DNA of 63,997 nt, counting the filler, from Malassezia furfur (lineage: Eukaryota), in the NCBI GenBank assembly GCA_052055015.1. It is 3 parts of 3 records of this genome, joined end to end, with 100 filler letters (N's around TTAATTAATTAA, not from the genome) between each part and the next. Parts side by side here need not be neighbours in the genome. Positions count along the whole stretch, not along the records: positions 24,830 to 49,483 come from JBQJIT010000141.1; 2 more parts are not named here. One strand, given 5' to 3'. This document shows positions 33,583-42,292 of the stretch, piece after piece. Position numbers and translations under genes: made by a program. The stretch's first letter is position 1, and each line of letters starts with the position of its first letter. A model generated the notes under the pieces. It saw only the letters and a program-made list of their open reading frames with translations. It had not been told where the DNA came from and searched no databases.

Positions 33583-34185
33583 TTAACGGCGGCCGGCACC
33601 CGGGATGTGACGGCCCTTGCGCTCGGGCACCTGCGAGAGAGTGACCGGGGCAGTGACAGTGACAGGGAGGTTGTCGAAGCCGAGGCTGCGCATCAGCTCG
33701 TCCGTGTCAGGGTCAATCTCCAGGGGAGCGACCGACGAGTCGAGGGCGGACACCTCGGGCACGTATTGGTCCTTGCGCTCACGCTCCTCCTCCTGGAGCT
33801 TGAACGAGATGCCGCGCACGGGGCCGCGCTGAATCCGCTTCATCAGGTGGGTCGTGAAGCCGGCGATCTTGTTGCGCAGGCGCTTCGTGGGGATAATGGC
33901 GACCTCATCAATGACCTTCTTGTTCGTGTGGAAGTCCACCGGGTTGAGGCGCGGGTAGTACTTCTCAATGAGAACGCGAGCGGCGCGCTTGGTGGTCTTG
34001 GTGCGGACGCGACCCTGTAGGGAGTTAGCTTCTGTTCCTGTATTGTGTGATGTGCGCGGCAGGTTCCCGGCGCATACACGCTGAGAGCGGCACATTGGAT
34101 GGCAGGACCATCGCGGCTATGTCGCGCACAGCTTGCACGACATCCGGGCCCCCGCCGACGCACACTCGCCGTCACTACTCACCAT
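33583..34185 (-). CDS. RPS17: 40S ribosomal protein eS17
   Basis: ATG, 168-nt intron 34015-34182, then [20 protein letters not shown]...[27 protein letters not shown]. Confidence 0.97.
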
Positions 34186-34256
34186 ACTGTGCGAATGTGT
34201 AGGAGGGAAAACCGGCGCTAGCCGCAGTACTTTGTACGGCGCACCTTCCTGGGCCA

Positions 34257-34280
34257 TGTAGTTTTGAGCACTTCACGTGA
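34257..34280. promoter_or_regulatory. TGTAGTTTTG plus CACGTG module in the RPS17/RPS22 divergent promoter
   Basis: The same pair recurs at 37187-37223 (RPL14) and, inverted, at 58296-58316 (MRPL6/RPL34). Confidence 0.55.
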
Positions 34281-34425
34281 CAAAGTACATTACTGTGTCG
34301 CCTAGCGGACGCATTGACAGGTATTTTCAGAAATACCCCTGCCCCCCAGAGCGAGTTTGCACGCTGGACACGGGCGATTTTCTTCTCGCTACCGATTCCT
34401 TAGTCGATCGTCACCGCAAGTCAAT

Positions 34426-35125
34426 ATGGTCCGCGTTTCGGTTCTGGTGTGTATTTGTGCTGATCTATGAGGGCACATGCTAACACAATACAGAACGACG
34501 CCCTTGTCAGCATTGTCAACGCCGAGCGCCGGGGCAAGCGCCAGGTTCTCATCCGCCCCTCTTCGAAGGTGGTGATCAAGTTCCTCAGCGTCATGCAGAA
34601 GCACGGTACGTCTTCACAAGAGCTGCACGGATGGGTGTACAGGTGGTGCCACGTCAGTGGGAGTGCCGTTCGGAGCTATAACTGTTGGACGATTGGGTCT
34701 TGCTTCCACCAATGTTCATCTTTAAGGTTCCGAAATAACGACGCGGCTCGCTCGACGCACACGAGCCCTGCTCTTGTGCGTTGTTGCGTAATAGGCATCT
34801 CCTTGGGCCGCTACACACCCCTTCTCGTGCAGCCTCTGCGTGCTGGACAGCATACTGACCATCAGGCTACATTGGCAACTTCTACATCATTGACGACCAC
34901 CGCGCCGGCAAGATCGTCGTGGAGCTCAACGGCCGCATCAACAAGTGCGGTGTTGTGTCGCCGCGCTTCAGCGTCCCCCTGAACCAGATTGAGGGCTGGG
35001 TGGCCAACATGCTTCCCGCTCGTTCGTTCGGCTACATTGTCCTCACCACCTCGGCCGGTATCATGGACCACGAGGAGGCGCGCCGAAAACACGTTGCCGG
35101 CAAGATCCTCGGCTACTTCTACTAA
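34426..35125 (+). CDS. RPS22: 40S ribosomal protein uS8 (S22/S15a), 3 exons
   Basis: [33 protein letters not shown]...[21 protein letters not shown]; introns 34447-34493 and 34606-34865. Confidence 0.97.
34669..34820 (+). ncRNA. SNR44: Intronic box H/ACA snoRNA, probable snR44 orthologue
   Basis: Hairpin, H box AAATAA (34733-34738), second hairpin, ACA tail (34813-34817). Pocket strands ATAACTG and TTTAA complement 18S rRNA UUAAA-U-CAGUUAU. Lies in RPS22 intron 2. Confidence 0.8.
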
Positions 35126-35349
35126 ATGCCTCGCATGGAGCACGAATGCTGACCGGTGACACGGCATGCATATACTTTATCATCAAGTCAGGCATCAAAA
35201 GCCCGCGGCGCCAAGAACCGTCTTGGCTTGTATCCTGTCATAGACATCTCCGCGATCGCCGCGGGCCGTAGCCTCAGGGCAACGAGGTATATGGCGATTC
35301 CATTTCCCTATAGCCTTGTGTGCCACGGAATAATGATTGGCTCACTCTC

Positions 35350-36264
35350 CTACGCTGTCTGATTACCCGCTTTAGAACGCGGCCGCTTCGAGTCGTGTTG
35401 GTCGTGACCCGACGTTTGGTTTGTGTCCGAGTCGGTTGGGTGCGAGCGTTTGTGCGGCACACTCGGCTCGCCGCCGGCATGGGACTGTGGTGTGAACTCG
35501 GGGACGTGAGGGTTCAGCGGCGATGCCTTCTCGCTCGCTTCTGTGGGTGCTGCAGGTGCTGCAGGCGCTTGGCTGCCGACCGACGCCTCGATCGCTTTGG
35601 ACAGCGTCCGCAACTGGTCCACAATGGATTCCAGGCCCTGGCGCGTATCGTCGCTGACCTTGGCATACGCTTCGTTTTCGTGTTGAAGTGTTGCGGCGCG
35701 CTCTTGAAGCTGCTGGAGATTGCTGGGTGAGCGTATAGGTACATACGACTCCATCACATCGCGACTGGGGTATACAACAATCTTGCGCGCGATCTCATCG
35801 TACTGCAGACGATTCTCGCGCGTCTTTTGTGCAGCCTGAAGCTCTGCTTTCCGCTGCACAATCAGTTCGCGCTCGTGGTTGGCGGCGGCGCCTGCGCGTT
35901 AGCTGGAGACGTACGCAGTTTCTCGGCCTCGTTTTGATACAGCTGAATCTCTTCCTGCGCGGTAGACTTTGTAGTATCTTCGAGCCGCCGCAAGTGGTCA
36001 AAAAAGAGGTCGAGGTCCCCCTTTAGCAACAGAAGGGTCGCATTGCTTCGTGAGACCGGTACACGTACTGCTCCTCCTCGTTCGTTGCATGTGCAATGGA
36101 CGAAATTCGTTTTGCGACGCGACGCAAGTATTTCTCGTCCGTCGCGAGCCGTGCTTTGAGAACTTCATCTAGTATGTGTCAGTTCTGCTGGACACGAGCG
36201 TTTCGAACACACCTTGCTCGGATCCGCTGAGCGGTGCAACGGCAGCGGCCCCGGCGTCGGTCAT
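35350..36264 (-). CDS. THOC7: THO complex subunit THOC7/Mft1-like, 5 exons
   Basis: Introns 36169-36212, 36046-36068, 35892-35914 and 35723-35746 give DEVLKARLATDEKYLRRVAKR...ELQAAQKTRENRLQYDEIARKI. Confidence 0.75.
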
Positions 36265-36525
36265 CGCAACCAAGGCTAAAGTGGAGGGCGTGCGGAGAGG
36301 CGCTGGGCAGGCCCAAAACACCGCGGCTATGAAACGCAAGGGTGCACACAATATCGCATGGACATAGTTCAATTCACGGCTATGCCTGGCGCGAGAGGCG
36401 CGCTGCTCTCAAGGGAATACTAGCACAAAGAAGAGCACCTGCCACCCACAAAGGATGCACGCGGCACTCAGAGCCGCTATCTTTTAGGCTCCTGGGACGA
36501 CACCCAGCAGGATCGTGAAACAGGT

Positions 36526-37111
36526 TTAGGCCTGGACCTTCTTGATCGCAGAGCTCATGATGCGGCGGCGCTGCTTCTTGAGGACCTGAACGTGGAAGCG
36601 CTCGACTGCAGTGTTAGTATGGTAGGCCGGTGACATGTACGTACAGTCCGTGGTGTTCTTGCGCGCCTCGCGGGCAGCAAGGGTCTTGGCCCACTTGCTG
36701 TTGGCCCACTTCTCCGCAACACCCGAGGCGTCGAAGCTCTTCTTCACCGTCGCAGAGCGCGCGGCAAGCGGGAGCTTGATCACGAAGGGAGTCAGGACAA
36801 GGTCACGGTAGCGGACGACCTGGCGCTGAACGCCCGTCGAAGGACCGTCAATCAGGGCCTGTAGGTTAGTATGCGTTCATAAGCGATGCTGGACGTGTGG
36901 CGCTGGCCTCATGAGGTGAGCGAGCGCATCGGCGTACGTCCGACGTGCAAGCCGCACAAGATGCGCCAGTGCCACCCGTCTCTGTGCGAAAGCGTACCTT
37001 GTTCTGGTCAATGATCTCCGCGATCACGGCGATCTTGTTCTTGTTCTCGCCGTTGAGCAGGAGCACAACACGGCCGACCTCGACGTAGCGCTTGAAAGAT
37101 TCCCGGGCCAT
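36526..37111 (-). CDS. RPL14: 60S ribosomal protein eL14, 3 exons
   Basis: FKRYVEVGRVVL...IAEIIDQNK|ALIDGP...TTDFERF; introns 36859-36997 and 36606-36644. Confidence 0.96.
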
Positions 37112-37453
37112 TGCGTCTAGAGAACCGTGAGGGAGGATACAGGAAGAGTGAGGCGCGACCACCGCCTAGGGCCACTCGTACAATGCCACGTGATCTATGT
37201 AGTTTTGGAAACGTGCCCACGTGGCCGCCCACGTCTGGGCTCGTGCGCACGTGGGGTACCCGGCCTCCACCGCGCACGAGCTTCGTTGGATCGCCGCACG
37301 TTGGCCTAGGTCGTGAGCTTGTTTATCGGGCGCGTCGCCGTTTTCCCTTGGGAACAGGACGTGGGGCGTTGATGGCACGTCAGAGATCGTAGATACTGAT
37401 CTGACCGTGCACACGCAAACCGAGCAAAACGAACAGCGTATTTGAGCGGCAGG

Positions 37454-40175
37454 ATGCACCCGACCCAACCCCAGGTCCTGTCCCCTACCCATGACCTGCC
37501 TTGCTCTGCGCCAACTGATAGCCTGCCTGGCATGCTGAATGTAGCCAGGCAGGACGATGCGCCTGAGCGTCCGAATAGTGTACCGCCGCTTCCGGTGGAT
37601 GACGCCGATGATACGGGATCGACGCATGGACCCACCTCGCCGCGCGTGGGGACGGGGCGCAAGGCGACCGTGTCGCTGCAGCTGTTCATGGCCACGCAGA
37701 ACCCGAATGCTGCGGCGAATGCACAGACGCGCAATGACTCGGTGATGCGTTCATCGCCATCCAAGTCCGAGGCTGCGTCGCCCGAGGTATTCCGCAGGGG
37801 CTCAAGCTCGCGCAACGCCGATGCGGGTCCGGCGACGCCGCGGTCCGTGATTGAGCAGAGTCCGGCGCTGGTTGTTCCGCGGCGCGCGAGTATGGTGAGC
37901 CGGCCAGGCTACCCCGCCGTGGTGCACGACGGCGATGTGCTGAATAGTGCAACGATGTACGACGGCGCTGATACGAGTGCAGCGTCGTCGCACAGCGGCT
38001 CGTCGAGCAGTGCGTCGTCCGACACCGAGTCGGATGCGTCCGACGAGCAGAGCGAGGTGCGGACGAATGCGTCCGGGGAGTCGTACGCGGGGCCTGCGCG
38101 GCAGACCATCACGATCCCGTCGCCGAACCTGACGAACGACGGGAGTGTGCGTCCACACAAGCACCACCACCACCACGTCCAGGACGCCTCGGAGCCGCTG
38201 CCGAACGTCGTTCAGCTGCAGCCGTTCCACCACCAGGTCGGTGGGCACAACCATATCTTCCAGTTCTCGCGGCGCGCCGTGTGTAAGCCCCTGTTCTCGC
38301 GCGAGAACCAGTTCTACGAGGCGCTCGAGCGCGATCACCCCGACATGCTCGCGTTTGTGCCGCAGTACCTGGGCGTGCTGAATGTGACCTACCGCCCCGT
38401 GCAGCGCGACACGGACGACGAGCAGGTCGGCAGTGCGACGCCGTCCGACCAGCCGATGCGGCGCAAGGTGTTTGAGGGCGACACGGGTTCCGACGAGGTG
38501 CCCGAGGTTGCGCTCGACATGAACCAGCACATTTTGCCCGACTGGCTCCTGCGCCAGTCGCGCGTGCACCGCGCCGGACCCGACGATACGGCGCGCGGTG
38601 CGTCCGACACCCAGTCGCGCTCGCTCGGCTCGTCCCCACACCACCCATCGTCGCACGCATGTGCGACAGGCGAGGATGCGTGGTGCCACCCGCTGTCGAT
38701 CATGGGCACGGGCAGCACGTCGGTGAACCGCCGCCTGCAGGAGCAGGTGATCCGCGAGGTGTTTCACCAGAGTAAGCCGCGGCATGGGCGTTCGCACCCC
38801 GTGGAGGGCGCCGAGGAGCGCGAGCGCATGGCACGGTCCTGGGACGGGCAGAAGCCGCCCGCGTCGTGCGGCGATACCCCACGCCAGCACGACGCACGCC
38901 CGTCCGCATGGTCCGCGGCGCGGCACTCGTCGTCGGACGCCGTGTACTCTGGCAAGGCGGCCCAGAGCGAAGCAACGACGCCGCCAGCGCCGGCCGAGCG
39001 CGAGATACCCCCCCCCGGCGGCGAGCACCGAGGTGCCTGTGTCTGCCGACGCGTCGAGCAGCACGCCGCCCACCGCGCCGCGCCAGGAGCAGTTTATCTT
39101 GCTCGAGGACCTCACTGGAGGCCTCAAGGCGCCGTGCGTGCTGGACCTCAAGATGGGCACGCGACAGTACGGCATCCAGGCCACGGATGCGAAGAAGCAG
39201 AGCCAGACGAACAAGTGCAACAAGACGACGAGCCGGAGCATGGGTGTGCGCATCTGCGGGATGCAGATGTACGACGCACGCACCGAGGAGTTTGTGTTCC
39301 AGGACAAGTACTACGGCCGGCGCGTCAAGCCGGACGAGTTTTCCATGGTGCTGGAGCGCTTCTTCCACAACGGCTTCCAGGTGCTCATCCACCACGTGCC
39401 CGTCATGATCGACAAGCTGAACCGGCTCGCGCGGCACGTGTGCAAGCTCGACGGCTACCGGTTCTATGCGAGTAGTCTGCTGCTTATCTACGACGGCGAC
39501 CTGCGGCGCCAGAATGCGCTGCTCGAGGCGTTCGAGGCCGACTTGCCGTGCGGCACGTCGCGCGCACCCTCGTCGGCGAGCTCGGACATTGGCTCCGACA
39601 TGCAGTCGCTCCAGGTGAGCACCGATGCCAGTCCTGTGACCACGGGCTCGTTCGCGCCGAGCTCGCAGTCGTCCGCGACGATGCTGACGCTGCCCTCGCC
39701 GACGCTGGGGCCGACGTATTTGGCGCGCAGCGAGGAAGAGGCGCGCGCGCACTGGCGGCGCGCGCGGCGCATGGGTGTGATCAACATCCGCATCATCGAC
39801 TTTGCGCACTGCACGAATGGCGAGGACTTCTACTACCCCGGCGACCACGACAACCGCCCGCCGAGCACGCCGGCCGAGCGTGTGCAGCCTGTCGCGCGTC
39901 TCCCGCCGGTGCACCGCAACAAGCCGGACGCGGGCTACCTGTGGGGCCTGCGGTGTCTCTCGCGTGCGTTTTACGAGATTTGGGATCGCGAGCGGCGGCG
40001 GCGGATCGACGTGGCCCTCTCGGCGCTGCCGGCGGACGCGTCGGTGTCGGCGCGTGAGCGCGCCAAGCGCAGCGTCGACATTGGCGAGCTGAGCGTACCA
40101 GGTGGCGAGATCTTTACGGAGCTGTTTGGCGAGGGCGATGCCCCTGGCGTGCTGAGCGGTTACATCTCTAGCTAG
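37454..40175 (+). CDS. KCS1: Inositol hexakisphosphate kinase Kcs1-like (1-nt frameshift at C9 run 39008-39016)
   Basis: HQVGGH and RENQFYE...[11 protein letters not shown] in one frame; [21 protein letters not shown] and IIDFAH in the +1 frame. Confidence 0.87.
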
Positions 40176-40230
40176 CCAAGGCCCTGCGTGGTCCGAGCGT
40201 AGTTTGTACTTTGCAACAATTACCTAAGCG

Positions 40231-42246
40231 ATGCTGCGCCGCTTGCCCTACCCAACGACGCAGCCCAGGCGCCGCGATTCACAGGCACGCATACACGGGA
40301 GCTGGATGTCGACGTCGTCGGGAGCAGGAAACAAGGCTCGTGGAGCGTCCCTGTTCCTTGGCAAGGACTATGAGCGATGGGCGCATCATGACCCCGAGCG
40401 CATGGTCGGCCCTGCGTGGAAGGGCGTCCGCAGCGCCCACTCGGTTCGCGTGAACCAGTGGAACGATGCGCCGACGCGCCTGCCGATGCACGCCAGCTCG
40501 CTCGGAATCATTGCCGAGCATGCCCACGAAAAGATCCCGGTAAACGGCAGCGCAATGGACGGTGCGGTGCCGCTGCACTGGCAGTTTGACGACCATACCC
40601 TATTTTCGCCGTCGCCGGCGTCGCCCGACGTTGATATCAGTCCTGCGCCCAAAAGCCCCGTGAGTGCCGAGGCCCTGGCGAGCCGGCTCATTGACGCCAA
40701 GCTGCGCTCGCCGCCGGCCTTATCGTCGCCCGGTGTGATCACGCCACCGGTCGGCGAGCCGTCGAAACTCGATGTGCTTCCTCGCGTGCCGACGACCAAG
40801 CCTGGCACCGCCAAGCCGCTGTTTGAGCCGGAGGCTTCCAGCTCATCGTGGCGGCAGCTGCCGAGTGCGGAGGTGCGGCGCAAGCGGCGTCTGCGTCTGC
40901 TGAAGGCGGCCAAGCGCGAGCGGCGCTCCACGCCGTCGAGCGCCGAGGAGGGTGTGTGGATGGAGCCCCGGATCCCGCTGTACGGCAACCTCGAGCTGTA
41001 CAAGCTGGTGCCGCGGCGCACGGTCGAGTACGTCGAGGGCACGCTGTACGACGCCGAGGGCCCGTTTATGGAGGGCGCGACGAGCGATAGCCTGAGTGTG
41101 CGCCTCTTCTATGCGCCGCCGCCCGAGGGCAGCACAGAGGAGGGCGTGTCGTACCTAATCACCACGCCCGACAACCGTGTCTTTAGCGCGGCCAAGCGGC
41201 GGCGGTGGGCGATGGACAACCGCGGCAACTTTTTCGCGGCGATGGAATTGAAGAGCATCGAGTCCAAGATGGCGGCGCTGCACAAGGACATACGTGACCC
41301 CGTGCACACCGAGGACTACGAGCAGGATTTGCGGCAGCACTTTCTGGACGACGTGCTGGACGAGCTGCAAAAAGCCGAGTCGCTCAGCGAGGGCAGCTGC
41401 GTCCCGCCGCACCTGCTCCAGACCGAGGACGGCAAGCTGGTGCGCCTCGAAAAGGACTTCCCCGAGGAGGTGTTTTTCGCGATCGCCGGATGCACCGACG
41501 CACAGGTATACCCCGTGATTGCCAAGGTTTTTGTCGAGGCAATCCAAGCGCTCTGGGATCTGCACTCGCACGGCTGGATGCACGGCGACATCAAGCTCGA
41601 GAACCTCATGTTCGACGAGTCGGGCAAGCTCGTGCTGATCGACTTTGAAAACGCGAGCCCCTTCCGCGGCTCGCGGCAGCACGACGGCAAGATCCAGCTG
41701 CTGAGCTTTGACTGGACGCCGCCCGAGATGGAGGTAAGCCACTTGGGCCGCCGCATCGGTCCGTCGGGCGATTTGTGGGCGCTCGGATGCAACCTGATCC
41801 GTGCGTTTGCGCTGCGCGACGGCGTCGAGGACTCGACCGTACGCGAGATGCTGCTTGGCGACGGTCTGCCGACCTTTTTTGCGTTCCGCGAAACGCTCCT
41901 GCACGGCCCAGAGCACGACTTTGGCGTGGATCTGGCGCCGCTGCTGGCGCTCGCAGACACGGAGGAGCACACTCCCCACATCCACCCGGCGCGGATGCTG
42001 CGCCGCTTTGCATACGAGGCGCCGCGCCTGCTGCAGTACGTGCTGCACTACAGCGTGGCGCCGACGCCGACGGAGCGCAACGAGCTCAAAGGCGTGCGTC
42101 TCGCGCAAGAGATGCTTGACGATCCACGCAACCGTCCGCTCTGGGACGAGGTCAAACACGCACTGGACAAGTCGATTGCGATGAGCGGCAGCACGTGGGT
42201 TCGCCCGAAGCTCGACGAGGCACGCGCGATCCTCGAGCTGTCGTAG
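40231..42246 (+). CDS. Atypical protein kinase-like protein
   Basis: LHSHGWMHGDIKLEN, LIDFE, WTPPE, GDLWALG; no clear Gly loop or VAIK. Confidence 0.75.
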   Translation: MLRRLPYPTTQPRRRDSQARIHGSWMSTSSGAGNKARGASLFLGKDYERWAHHDPERMVGPAWKGVRSAHSVRVNQWNDAPTRLPMHASSLGIIAEHAHEKIPVNGSAMDGAVPLHWQFDDHTLFSPSPASPDVDISPAPKSPVSAEALASRLIDAKLRSPPALSSPGVITPPVGEPSKLDVLPRVPTTKPGTAKPLFEPEASSSSWRQLPSAEVRRKRRLRLLKAAKRERRSTPSSAEEGVWMEPRIPLYGNLELYKLVPRRTVEYVEGTLYDAEGPFMEGATSDSLSVRLFYAPPPEGSTEEGVSYLITTPDNRVFSAAKRRRWAMDNRGNFFAAMELKSIESKMAALHKDIRDPVHTEDYEQDLRQHFLDDVLDELQKAESLSEGSCVPPHLLQTEDGKLVRLEKDFPEEVFFAIAGCTDAQVYPVIAKVFVEAIQALWDLHSHGWMHGDIKLENLMFDESGKLVLIDFENASPFRGSRQHDGKIQLLSFDWTPPEMEVSHLGRRIGPSGDLWALGCNLIRAFALRDGVEDSTVREMLLGDGLPTFFAFRETLLHGPEHDFGVDLAPLLALADTEEHTPHIHPARMLRRFAYEAPRLLQYVLHYSVAPTPTERNELKGVRLAQEMLDDPRNRPLWDEVKHALDKSIAMSGSTWVRPKLDEARAILELS

Positions 42247-42292
42247 CAGCGCCGTCCGTAGACTTCTGTCTAGAATACACAATTGTACAGAA

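Noticed and set aside
34015..34182. snoRNA in the RPS17 intron (also checked RPL14 intron 36859-36997)
   Set aside because: No convincing C/D boxes or H/ACA layout with an rRNA guide; only general stems, reported separately.
38944..38965. Possible 22-nt GT-AG intron to explain the KCS1 frameshift
   Set aside because: Poor donor (GTACTC), no branch motif, and the resulting peptide looks off-frame; a homopolymer indel is simpler.
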